Origin: Alphaproteobacteria bacterium
GTDB taxonomy: Bacteria > Pseudomonadota > Alphaproteobacteria > CAAGCB01 > CAG-977
Direction of reading: 5' to 3'
Assembly (NCBI GenBank): GCA_900768465.1
Contig: CAAGCY010000014.1
Location: 83 to 64,082, forward strand
Length of the DNA stretch: 64,000 nucleotides
This document shows, piece by piece, positions 36,556 through 44,821 of this stretch. A program made the position numbers and the translations under genes. Each line of letters opens with the position of its first letter. Positions within the stretch are counted from its first letter, which is position 1. The notes beneath the pieces were generated by a model that made no database searches, was not told the DNA's origin, and worked only from the letters and a program-made list of their open reading frames with translations.

Positions 36556-38448
36556 TTAGCCGTCCGAACCACCCGTCGGCGGGTTTTGCGCCGGCGTGAC
36601 AATCGAACCCTGAAACGCGCGGTAATCGATAATCGCGCCGCCGTAGATGTGACGGATTTTGTAGGTGATCTGGTCATTCGTGAACACGCTGCCCGCCGTC
36701 GGGTTGTCCTGAATGAACAGCTCCGGTTCTTCGTTGCCGTCCAAAAATCCGATTTCCAATCCCGTGATGTCGGCGGGGTCGGCTGCCAGATACCAATCGT
36801 CTGCATCGGTCGCAAACCAGATCGGAACGATTTCAGGTTTGACCGTCTGGACGTACTGCGGGTCGTTGTTCGTGTTTCTGACAAACAGGTTGTAAGCCGA
36901 TTCCTCCAATTCCGGCGGCACCAGCAAAAACGCGGGCGGAATGGACAGCACTTCGTTTGATCCCGCTTCCGTCTGTTTCATCATCGCCAGACGGCGCGCC
37001 GTAAAGCTGGCGGCGGTCAACGCTTCCGTCCCCAAGTTGCCGTGGTCGGCATGGAACAGCGTTTTCGTGTCCCCCAGCGTCGGGTTGGAAACAATCAGGT
37101 TAAACGCGAACTTTGACAGCGTTCTTTTCGCCGCGCGCGCCAGTTTAACCGGAATCTGACGGATAGCCCCGACATCGTCGTTTTTAATCATTTCCAGCGT
37201 AATCTTTTCCAATCCGCCGCGTTTCGCCGCAGAATACTTCGCGACATCGTCAGTCGGGTTGGTGACCGCCGTGTAAGCCGCCGCTTCGTTCACCGTCGGC
37301 AAATCGCCGTAGCCGCCCATGCGGACGCGTTTCTGTTCGCGGAAATCAGCCACGGGAACGATGTTCGCGAACTTGCGCCATGCGTCCAAAGCCGTCCGGT
37401 TGTTGTATTCTTTGACCATTCGGCGGGTGATCGCGTCGCCCAGCACGTTGCCGAACGATGCCGAAGTCAACGCTTCGGTGAAGTTTTCGACGCGTCCCGA
37501 CACCTTGCCGTCGCCCGTCAGCTCAATGTAGGCTTCTTTGAACGACAAGGCCTGTTTGTGGTCTTTGTGCGTTTCGTCAAAGAAAGCGTCCAAGCGTTCG
37601 GCGGCTTTTTCCCCGTGGTCTTTGGTCACGGCGGTGCGTCCCGTCCCCAAGTCCGAAACCGTGGCTTCGGTGAATTTCGCCAAATAGTCCAGTTCGTCCT
37701 TGATGGCGTTTTCAACGTCGGATTCCTTGAAATCCGCCAAAGCTTCAAACTGCTTTTTCAGCCGCGTTTTCGCCATTTCCGGCAAAGAGCTGGCGGCAAT
37801 CGCCGCTTTGGCGTTCGCGCGCGCTTCAACCATTCTGATTTTATTGTCGATGTCCGCCGCCGAAACCGTCGGCGCGGGCGTGGAAACAGACGCGGTCTGT
37901 TCTGCCGTTTTTTCCTTGTCACTCATTGTTTGTCCTTCGTTGTTGATGGCTTCGATAAAGTCGATGATGCCGCCGTTCGCCCCCGGTTCGACGATTAAAT
38001 CGACCGATTTGACGGCGGAGATTTTGCAGGCTTCGCGCACCGTTTGACCGTTGATCCGCGTTGTTTTCGCCGTCGCCGACGCATCAATCGAAAAACCGAA
38101 CAGGTCGGTCATTTTGTTGTCGAACGCTTCGCGCAGTTTGACGGCAATCGCGCCGTTCGGCTCAATCAGTTCAAAATCGGCTTGGATTTCCTCCGCTCCT
38201 TCGACAAAGCGGGGATTGCTCAGCCGCCCGATCAGGTTGCGGAAATCTTTGCCTTTACCCTGAATGTGCTCCTCGTCGGAACGCACCAGAACCCGCGCCC
38301 CGTCAAACAGCGGAGCCGCTTCACGCAAAGCCGCGGGGGAATAGTAGTTGCCGTTTTTGGATACGCCCGCGGAAATAACGCGGATTTTAAAGCGTTTTGC
38401 ACCTTTTTCCGTCACGTCCGCCGCTTCCAAAAAATGGGATTTGTTCAT
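36556..38448 (-). CDS. fused prohead protease / scaffold / major capsid protein
   Basis: 630 aa single ORF. N-terminal about 170 aa is protease-like (RVISAGVSKNGNYYSPAALREAAPLFDGARVLVRSDEEH), the centre is an Ala/Glu/Lys-rich helical linker, and the C-terminal about 330 aa is capsid-like. Confidence 0.6.
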   Translation of the reverse strand: MNKSHFLEAADVTEKGAKRFKIRVISAGVSKNGNYYSPAALREAAPLFDGARVLVRSDEEHIQGKGKDFRNLIGRLSNPRFVEGAEEIQADFELIEPNGAIAVKLREAFDNKMTDLFGFSIDASATAKTTRINGQTVREACKISAVKSVDLIVEPGANGGIIDFIEAINNEGQTMSDKEKTAEQTASVSTPAPTVSAADIDNKIRMVEARANAKAAIAASSLPEMAKTRLKKQFEALADFKESDVENAIKDELDYLAKFTEATVSDLGTGRTAVTKDHGEKAAERLDAFFDETHKDHKQALSFKEAYIELTGDGKVSGRVENFTEALTSASFGNVLGDAITRRMVKEYNNRTALDAWRKFANIVPVADFREQKRVRMGGYGDLPTVNEAAAYTAVTNPTDDVAKYSAAKRGGLEKITLEMIKNDDVGAIRQIPVKLARAAKRTLSKFAFNLIVSNPTLGDTKTLFHADHGNLGTEALTAASFTARRLAMMKQTEAGSNEVLSIPPAFLLVPPELEESAYNLFVRNTNNDPQYVQTVKPEIVPIWFATDADDWYLAADPADITGLEIGFLDGNEEPELFIQDNPTAGSVFTNDQITYKIRHIYGGAIIDYRAFQGSIVTPAQNPPTGGSDG

Positions 38449-38458
38449 GACGCGCCCC

Positions 38459-38668
38459 TTATTTGTTCAAGGTGTGCTTGCGGCCGTCGCCGGTCACGAC
38501 GACGACGCGGTCGCCAAAATCCGCAAAAGACAGAACGTCCCGTTCGGAAACGCCTTTGCGTCCGACGATTTCGACTTTTCTGTCCCGTAGCAGTTTCAGA
38601 ACGCCCGCCTTGTCAATGCCGACAGGCTTTTCTTCGGTTTTCGGATCTTCGTTTTTCTTGTCCGCCAT
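38459..38668 (-). CDS. small hypothetical protein, first gene after the late box
   Basis: 69 aa from ATG 38666-38668 with SD TAAGGAG. Confidence 0.45.
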   Translation of the reverse strand: MADKKNEDPKTEEKPVGIDKAGVLKLLRDRKVEIVGRKGVSERDVLSFADFGDRVVVVTGDGRKHTLNK

Positions 38669-38728
38669 GATGGTCTCCTTAAAAGTTCTTGCATTTCGCA
38701 ACCGATAAGGACACCATAAGGCATTCGG

Positions 38729-38763
38729 GAATCGTTCAGAATTGTGTCATTTGTCAGGGGGGA
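38729..38763 (-). promoter_or_regulatory. 35-bp repeated box (copy 1), candidate activator-dependent late promoter for the capsid/tail operon
   Basis: Minus strand TCCCCCCTGACAAATGACACAATTCTGAACGATTC. 20-mer identity 19/20 with copy 2. Downstream -10-like TATGGT at 38713-38718, 17 bp after TTCTGA. Confidence 0.45.
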
Positions 38764-38805
38764 AAGCTTTTATTCCCCTTTTTTAATTCACAGGGAATAC
38801 GGAAC

Positions 38806-39210
38806 ATGAGTGAAGCGTGGATTGCATTTACAGGTGTTATTGTTGGGTCTGCTATATCAGCAGGATTCACTTGGTTTATTGAATGGCGCAAATCAAAGAG
38901 CGAGGAACGCATCAGATTAAAACAAGAAGGGGAGGAAGCTTTCCGCCAAATTATTCAAATCTTTTTTTCAAAAGAAGATGTGTTCTTTAAATTCTTTTCG
39001 ATACAGCCTTTATTGCCGAAAACCGCCTCTCAGCATATTTTGGATGAGAATAAAAAAATATTAGATAATTTTTTCAATCGTAACCAAGACCTTCTGGCTA
39101 AAAGGATCAATATGTCCCCAAAACAGACGAACATAACATCAGATTTTGCCTTAGAAGATGTCATCATTCCCTTGTTTAAAGAATTGGTATATGACAAACA
39201 TCAACGTTAA
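38806..39210 (+). CDS. AT-rich opposite-strand moron: hypothetical membrane-anchored protein
   Basis: 134 aa from ATG 38806; N-terminal TM WIAFTGVIVGSAISAGFTWFI. It is the only plus-strand gene inside the structural region and is visibly AT-rich. Confidence 0.5.
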   Translation: MSEAWIAFTGVIVGSAISAGFTWFIEWRKSKSEERIRLKQEGEEAFRQIIQIFFSKEDVFFKFFSIQPLLPKTASQHILDENKKILDNFFNRNQDLLAKRINMSPKQTNITSDFALEDVIIPLFKELVYDKHQR

Positions 39211-39309
39211 ACGGGGGTTAAACGGGTCTGTGCGCATTTTGGCGGCAAAAAGCAAACCTCGTCCGTCCTTAAACCCAACCGCGCACACACGGGCTTTAAA
39301 ATCGGTTTT

Positions 39310-39429
39310 TCATTTCGCGATGAAACTCAGCACCAAAAACAACGCCGCCACGGCGGGCATATAGGCGTTTTTCCAGACCAGCAACAGCGGGACGCTTAAC
39401 GCCAGAACGGCAATCCAGTCGTGCGTCAT
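39310..39429 (-). CDS. small hydrophobic peptide (39 aa); not in the ORF track
   Basis: MTHDWIAVLALSVPLLLVWKNAYMPAVAALFLVLSFIAK; its ATG overlaps the upstream stop (TGATG). Confidence 0.4.
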   Translation of the reverse strand: MTHDWIAVLALSVPLLLVWKNAYMPAVAALFLVLSFIAK

Positions 39430-39578
39430 CACGGTTTCCTTTTCAGCAAATCATACAGGCAGTAACCGACTGTTCCCAAAACGGCGACCGGCAGGAATAT
39501 CAGCCCGATCACGAACGGCACGCACAAAAACGCCAATATCATGCCAAGCGCAACCATCGTTTCCAGCAAATCCTTCAT
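39429..39578 (-). CDS. small hydrophobic peptide (49 aa); not in the ORF track
   Basis: MKDLLETMVALGMILAFLCVPFVIGLIFLPVAVLGTVGYCLYDLLKRKP; ATGA overlap with the upstream gene. Confidence 0.4.
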   Translation of the reverse strand: MKDLLETMVALGMILAFLCVPFVIGLIFLPVAVLGTVGYCLYDLLKRKP

Positions 39579-39832
39579 TCTTTCCCCCTTCCGTTCAAGG
39601 CGTTACGAGCCCACGTTCCAAATTCCTGTTCGTCCACGCCATAGCCGTTGTCGAATACTTCCCAAACCTTGCCGTCCACAACGGAAAAATGATGTTCAGG
39701 AGCGGCGTATTTTTCCAACGCTTTACGCAAGCGGACGTTTTCTTCCGAAAGGCGATATGCTCTCGCGCACAGTTTTGCCGTCGCTCTCAAATCTCGTTTG
39801 AACCGCTTAAATTTTTCTTCGGTTTCGGTCAT
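39575..39832 (-). CDS. hypothetical small protein (85 aa)
   Basis: ATGA overlap with the upstream gene; helical N-terminus. Confidence 0.45.
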   Translation of the reverse strand: MTETEEKFKRFKRDLRATAKLCARAYRLSEENVRLRKALEKYAAPEHHFSVVDGKVWEVFDNGYGVDEQEFGTWARNALNGRGKE

Positions 39833-40074
39833 TTATCCCTCTCGATCACCGACCACAAACGAAGACCGGCGGGACGTTTCTGGTCGTCGTCAATGCCGAA
39901 AATACGCCAGTCGCTCCGCATAATGTTGCAGATGTTCATACTGTCCAGCGGTTCAAAACCGTTGTGCGTCAGTTCGCAAATTTGGTCGTCAATCATGCAC
40001 AAAGGGTCGGAACGACCGTCGAATATGACGGCTTCACCGGAACGCATCGCCGCCAGAGCCTCTTCAAAAAACAT
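39829..40074 (-). CDS. DUF2829-like (Tad2-like) small protein
   Basis: 81 aa from ATG 40072-40074. N-terminus MFFEEALAAMRSGEAV and C-proximal NIMRSDWRIFG resemble the DUF2829 pattern M-F-x-EAL-x-A-[ML]K-x-G ... D-[IL]-x-A-x-DW-x-I. Confidence 0.4.
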   Translation of the reverse strand: MFFEEALAAMRSGEAVIFDGRSDPLCMIDDQICELTHNGFEPLDSMNICNIMRSDWRIFGIDDDQKRPAGLRLWSVIERDK

Positions 40075-40075
40075 C

Positions 40076-40270
40076 TTATTTTTTCCCGTCGAAAATAGGT
40101 TTGAAGGCAAAATAGCCGATAAGCATGACGACATAACTTTCCAAAGAGATTACCAGTCGAAACGCCCTTATTCCCCAGTTTTCCAAGGCGTACAGCTCCC
40201 AAAAGCTTGATGAAAAGAAAATGGTGTATGCGACCATAGACCAGAATAAAAAACACAACATATTTTTCAT
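40076..40270 (-). CDS. small two-TM membrane protein (64 aa)
   Basis: MKNMLCFLFWSMVAYTIFFSS...VVMLIGYFAF; ATGA overlap with the upstream gene. Confidence 0.45.
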   Translation of the reverse strand: MKNMLCFLFWSMVAYTIFFSSSFWELYALENWGIRAFRLVISLESYVVMLIGYFAFKPIFDGKK

Positions 40271-40512
40271 TTTGTATCCCCCGTATTTTTGCGATATTCC
40301 AACGCCTGATCGCACTGAAACACGATTTCGTCCCAGTCGGCGCAAAAACCGTGTTCGCTCACTTCTTGGCGGATTGCCTGCAAAGCGGCGGAACACCTGT
40401 CTATTTTTTCACGGTAAAAGTTCACCGTTTCGACAGGCAGGATTTCGTAGCGTTTCTTGGGCGAAGCGATGACAAGGCAACGGTTAAACGGCAGTTTGAT
40501 TTTCATAACCAT
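40267..40512 (-). CDS. hypothetical small protein (81 aa), first gene of the accessory cluster
   Basis: Start at ATG 40510-40512 (or 40504-40506), preceded by AGAAAGAG and a 143-bp AT-rich spacer. Confidence 0.45.
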   Translation of the reverse strand: MVMKIKLPFNRCLVIASPKKRYEILPVETVNFYREKIDRCSAALQAIRQEVSEHGFCADWDEIVFQCDQALEYRKNTGDTK

Positions 40513-40655
40513 TCTCTTTCTTGCTTTTCTTTCAAGGAAAACGTATAATTGTATTATTGAAGAAAGGGCTTGCTTGGAAAGGAAGTCGGATAACAACCAG
40601 CCTCTTGCAAAAGAGTCGATGTAGCGGAGAGTAGCGCACCCGCCTTGCCCTTTCT

Positions 40656-42005
40656 TCACTTTTCTTTGAGTATTTCATACGCGTTTTCATTCCTGAGATT
40701 TTGCTCTTCCATTTTCCCTGCCGTTACAATCCAGTTGCGGGATTGGGCGTTTTTGGCGTTGTCTTCCTTGCGTTGCAGGTTCACGGCGACTTTGTCATAC
40801 AGCCCGTCGGGGCGTTTAAACGCGTAAATCAGCTCGTTTTTGTTTTTGGAACGCAGCACAACGTCGGCATTAGTCAATCGGTCGGGCAGATGTTTGATTG
40901 TGTTCAAATCGATCTGTTGCCCGCGCGCCTGTTTGACGGCGCGGGACAGGTGGATCAGCTGTTTGTCCGTAATGGAAATGTCCGCGCTGAACGGTTCAAT
41001 CCCGCGCACTTTCAACGCCTGCAAGATTCCCGCGTCGATAACGCCGACGGTTTTGGACGTGCCGTCCGGACGCACGCCGTCCGCCCGGCTCAATATTTTT
41101 TCCGCCCAGTTGGCGTACTCTTCGCGCCGGACATCTTGCACAATGCGCTTTTCGTTGCTTTTGTTCAGTTCGTCGGCGGTAAAAGGAACGTCGGCAGGGT
41201 GTTCGACTTCCCAATCGTCCATATAGGGCAAACAAACGCACCCGCAGTTGATTGTTTCCGCGGCGGGGGCGGTCGGGTCGCGGGGATACATCATTTTGAC
41301 CCCGCCGACCGTAAAGGGTTCGTCCGCATCAACCACTTGCCCGTCCGCCATATCGTGCGTCAGCCGGCTGTGAATCTTGCCCGATCGCCGCCATTGCTTT
41401 TTCATTTTCAATCCGGTTTCCCGCGCCTGCATCAGGCGTTCCTGCGTGGCGACCGAAAAGGCGCGCCCCAGTTCCGTGTTGACGATGCGGTACGCCCGCG
41501 CCCGCCCGTTGGTGTCCAAGTGCGCCGCGATTTCCCGCGCCGCCTGAAACGGATTTTGAGCCCCGATCAGGCAAAGTCCCATTTGTTCGCTGATTTTCTT
41601 TTTCGCTTGTTCCCCGATATCCGCCAAACGGTCGGTCATAAAGGAGCGCATCGCTTTGATTTGTTCCGTGTCCGCCCGCTGCACATGCGCGTTTAAATCA
41701 AATTTAAACATCGCTTTAACGGGTTCGTCAACCAAAGCCGCGCCCGTTTCAACCGCTTTGTCAAACCCGACGATTCCGACGGAACGCAAATCCGATTTCA
41801 GTTCTTCGGCGACACGTTCAATGTCCTTTTGCACGTTGGTCAACGCCCACATCTGATAATCGGACGGCGCGATCGCCAGACGGCTGCGGATTTCCTCTTT
41901 GGCTTTTTTCAAGAAAGCGTCAATGTCGGCGCGGGTTTGCCGCACGTCGGCGACAAAGCGTTTAAACTGCGCTTTCTTTTCCCGTTCAAACGGATTGTTC
42001 GTCAT
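40656..42005 (-). CDS. Mu F-like (SPP1 gp7 family) head morphogenesis protein
   Basis: 449 aa; ...RARAYRIVNTELGRAFSVAT...WRRSGKIHSRLTHDMADGQVV...INCGCVCLP is the Phage_Mu_F-type core. Confidence 0.8.
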   Translation of the reverse strand: MTNNPFEREKKAQFKRFVADVRQTRADIDAFLKKAKEEIRSRLAIAPSDYQMWALTNVQKDIERVAEELKSDLRSVGIVGFDKAVETGAALVDEPVKAMFKFDLNAHVQRADTEQIKAMRSFMTDRLADIGEQAKKKISEQMGLCLIGAQNPFQAAREIAAHLDTNGRARAYRIVNTELGRAFSVATQERLMQARETGLKMKKQWRRSGKIHSRLTHDMADGQVVDADEPFTVGGVKMMYPRDPTAPAAETINCGCVCLPYMDDWEVEHPADVPFTADELNKSNEKRIVQDVRREEYANWAEKILSRADGVRPDGTSKTVGVIDAGILQALKVRGIEPFSADISITDKQLIHLSRAVKQARGQQIDLNTIKHLPDRLTNADVVLRSKNKNELIYAFKRPDGLYDKVAVNLQRKEDNAKNAQSRNWIVTAGKMEEQNLRNENAYEILKEK

Positions 42006-43356
42006 ACAAGTCTTCTCCGCTTTGTTCTTTGGCGATTTTGCGGGCGCGTTCCAATTCGTCCGCCGGATCGATTTCTATGCCGATGCGGTTCAGCATGGCG
42101 GCGACGGTCGCAATCGCCGTTTCTTCGGTCATCATGCCTTTTTCAACGGCGATGCCGACGGCGACGACGGTTTGCTGCAACGCCGCCGCATAAACGGACG
42201 TGTCGCGGTGCGTCAATTCGGGGAACTGGGCGGCGGGACGGTAATCCCGCAAATCCGACGGAACGGAGCCGATTTTTTCCATACGGCTGTAAATCGCGTA
42301 AAAACAAACGGTTTCAAGGATATGTTTCCACGTCGTCTGACGGAACTTAAACGTTTTGAACGTCGGTTCGCCCATTTCGCCCGCCGTTGAACGGTTGACG
42401 TCGCCGCCTCCGCCGTACCAATGTTCGGGCAAAGTCGCCCCGCCCATGATGTGATTGCGGACGGTTCGGGCGTTTTCCGCGCCGTTCGCCGCCTGCAAAT
42501 CCGGCGTGACCGCGTTCCACGTTTCCCCGTCGTTATGCACCCGAACACCGCCGGAATCGGGAACTTCGATTTCCGCGGCGCGTTTGCGGACGGTTTCTTC
42601 GGTCGCGCCGTGCAATGTCACGTCCCAAATGAACGCCCGCAAAGCGTCCCAACGTTCCACTTCGCCGAACAACGCCTTGTCGTACAAATCCAGCCAGTCC
42701 ATAGTCGGCAACAAGTCCGACAGCCCGCGCGAAGACGAAGACAAGGCGTTGACGTTGAAATAAAAACAGTCGCCGTCCGTGTAGCTTTCGCGCAGTTTTT
42801 GCGCTTCTTCGCCGAAAAAGCTTTCGTCGCCCGGAACGATGATGCGGTATTTTTTGGCTTTGCGCTTTTTGCCCAAAGCTTTGGTCACCACGCCGATCGG
42901 CTGTTCCGTGTTGTCCGGATCGGTCACTATTTCTTTAATCAGCCCCGGATCGAGATACCCCAGACGCACCGCCCCGTTTGTCGGATTTTTGAACACGGGC
43001 CAGCATTGTTCCCCGAACAGGGAAAGCTCCCGCACTTTCTTGGGCAGTTTGATGTCCATCTGGTTGATCGGGTCGTTCCAAAACTCGTCCAGCCATTGTT
43101 TGGCGTCCTCGTTCTGAACGCTCATCGTCACGCCCTCCGCCAGCAGATAGACCAGCGGCAGTTCAATGATGCGGTTCGCCAGCGGATTGCTTTTCCACAG
43201 AAAAACCGCCAGTTCCTGCATTCTTTCCTGCGTCAGTGAAGACAGCGAACGGTCTTTGTCGCCCGTCAGTTTGGTAAATCCCTCTTCTTCGACGGAAACG
43301 GTCGCTCCCGCCGATTCAACGAACTTTTCGGGTTGTTTCTTTTTAAATCCAAACAC
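41986..43356 (-). CDS. portal protein (Mu gp29-like, DUF935-like)
   Basis: 456 aa, between the terminase large subunit and the F-like gene; 14- and 20-nt overlaps. Confidence 0.8.
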   Translation of the reverse strand: MFGFKKKQPEKFVESAGATVSVEEEGFTKLTGDKDRSLSSLTQERMQELAVFLWKSNPLANRIIELPLVYLLAEGVTMSVQNEDAKQWLDEFWNDPINQMDIKLPKKVRELSLFGEQCWPVFKNPTNGAVRLGYLDPGLIKEIVTDPDNTEQPIGVVTKALGKKRKAKKYRIIVPGDESFFGEEAQKLRESYTDGDCFYFNVNALSSSSRGLSDLLPTMDWLDLYDKALFGEVERWDALRAFIWDVTLHGATEETVRKRAAEIEVPDSGGVRVHNDGETWNAVTPDLQAANGAENARTVRNHIMGGATLPEHWYGGGGDVNRSTAGEMGEPTFKTFKFRQTTWKHILETVCFYAIYSRMEKIGSVPSDLRDYRPAAQFPELTHRDTSVYAAALQQTVVAVGIAVEKGMMTEETAIATVAAMLNRIGIEIDPADELERARKIAKEQSGEDLYDEQSV

Positions 43357-44821
43357 GTTTGAAACTCCTTTCAGGCTTGTTCAAGCTTGCGCCCGCCGGA
43401 GGTTCGCCCTCCGTCCGCGCCGCCGCCCAAGCCAGCACGCCTGCGACCGCGCTGTCGCCGTGGCGGTATTTGCCGTCGGAACCCTTGACGCGCTTGTCGC
43501 TCATGGACGGAACGCCTTTGTTCAAAACGACCAAGCGGTGGTCGGCGATGATGTCCTCACTGACGGGAACCGCGATGGTACGGTCTTCATAGGCGCGTTT
43601 GTATTTCGGGAACCATTCCCCGTACCATTTGGGCGAAGCCATGACGCATTCGACACGGGCGGAACCGTAATGTTGCAACGCCGCTTCGGCATGGCTTTGC
43701 CCGTTGCCCCGCGCATCGAATTTCGCATGATGAAACAACGGCAGGGAATCCATAACGGCGAACAAAATCTGTTGCTGAACGTCAAACGGAATTGACCGCA
43801 ATTCCAAAACAAACGCCGTTTTCCACAGGGTCGGATTATCCTCTTGCAGCACCCAGATCACGGACAAGTCGCCGTCGCGTCCGAAATCCTGTCCCAGCAC
43901 CGTGCGTTTATCCGTCGGCAGAGAATCAATCACGGGGCGCAAATTTTCCGCCAGCCAGTCGCTTGTTTTTTCCGACCGCCGTTCGTCCAAAACAAAATCG
44001 GCGGGCTGCGTGTAACGCAAAACGGGCGAGCTCTTGTCCTGACAGTTTTCAATGATGATGCGCGAAAAATACCCGCCGGAACCCCGCGACGGCACGCAGT
44101 CCAGTTCCTCGGCGGCGGAATCGCCGTAAAAAGCGCGAATCCCGTCAACCCACGCGATTTCCTTTTCCGCCGTCCATTCTTCGCCCTTGGTAAAGCAAAT
44201 CCGCTTGAACAGCCCGTCGCGCACGGCTTCGTCAAACGAACAATGCAGCAGTTTATAGGGCAGATTTCCCTTTTTGATGTCCTCGCACAGCGTGTTGAAC
44301 GGGTTTTCCGCTCCGTCGTGAGTCGAGATGATCACGACTTTGCCGCCCCAGATCAGCAGAGCGAAAGCGGCTTTCATCACTTCGGGCAAATCGTCGTGGA
44401 ACGCCGCCTCGTCAATAACGACCAGCCCCTGCATACCGCGCAGGGAACGCGGAACGGACGGCAAAGCCAGCACTTTAAACCCGCTGGCGAACTCGATTCT
44501 GAAAGCCTTGATGCTCTTTTCGGGGCGGGTGTCGTCCTCAAACACGGTGTCCTGAATATTGGCGGCGACCTTTAAAATCTGTTTTGAAAAGTCGGCAACA
44601 TAGTCGATGAACTCCCGCGCCATTTCCAAGTTATAGCCCAGATAAAGCACGTCTTGACCGCCCGCAGACCGTTCGGCGGACGCGATCAGCGACGCGATTC
44701 CGCCCATCGCCCACGAATATCCCGTCCGGCGCGATTTTTCGACCACGGTCACGGGGTTGTCGTAAACGCTTTGCATCAGCTGCTTTTGATACGGCAAAAA
44801 TACGGGAGGCGTTTCGGGCAT
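43343..44821 (-). CDS. terminase large subunit (Mu gp28-like)
   Basis: 492 aa; ATPase-like GYSWAMGGIASL.../VVIDEAAFH and a C-terminal nuclease half. Confidence 0.85.
   Translation of the reverse strand: MPETPPVFLPYQKQLMQSVYDNPVTVVEKSRRTGYSWAMGGIASLIASAERSAGGQDVLYLGYNLEMAREFIDYVADFSKQILKVAANIQDTVFEDDTRPEKSIKAFRIEFASGFKVLALPSVPRSLRGMQGLVVIDEAAFHDDLPEVMKAAFALLIWGGKVVIISTHDGAENPFNTLCEDIKKGNLPYKLLHCSFDEAVRDGLFKRICFTKGEEWTAEKEIAWVDGIRAFYGDSAAEELDCVPSRGSGGYFSRIIIENCQDKSSPVLRYTQPADFVLDERRSEKTSDWLAENLRPVIDSLPTDKRTVLGQDFGRDGDLSVIWVLQEDNPTLWKTAFVLELRSIPFDVQQQILFAVMDSLPLFHHAKFDARGNGQSHAEAALQHYGSARVECVMASPKWYGEWFPKYKRAYEDRTIAVPVSEDIIADHRLVVLNKGVPSMSDKRVKGSDGKYRHGDSAVAGVLAWAAARTEGEPPAGASLNKPERSFKRVWI

Noticed and set aside
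38759-38784. Plus-strand GGGGAA-N8-TTCCCC-T6 hairpin as a terminator.
   Set aside because: No plus-strand gene lies upstream of it. It overlaps the G-run of the late box and may simply be part of that element, or an insulator for the opposite-strand moron. It is left unannotated as a terminator.
40656-41200. The C-terminal about 180 aa of the MuF-like protein as a possible polymorphic toxin domain, with the next gene as its immunity protein.
   Set aside because: As far as I recall, Mu gp30 itself is of comparable length. I see no recognisable toxin motif, and length alone is not evidence. It remains worth an HHpred check, but it is not reported as a finding.
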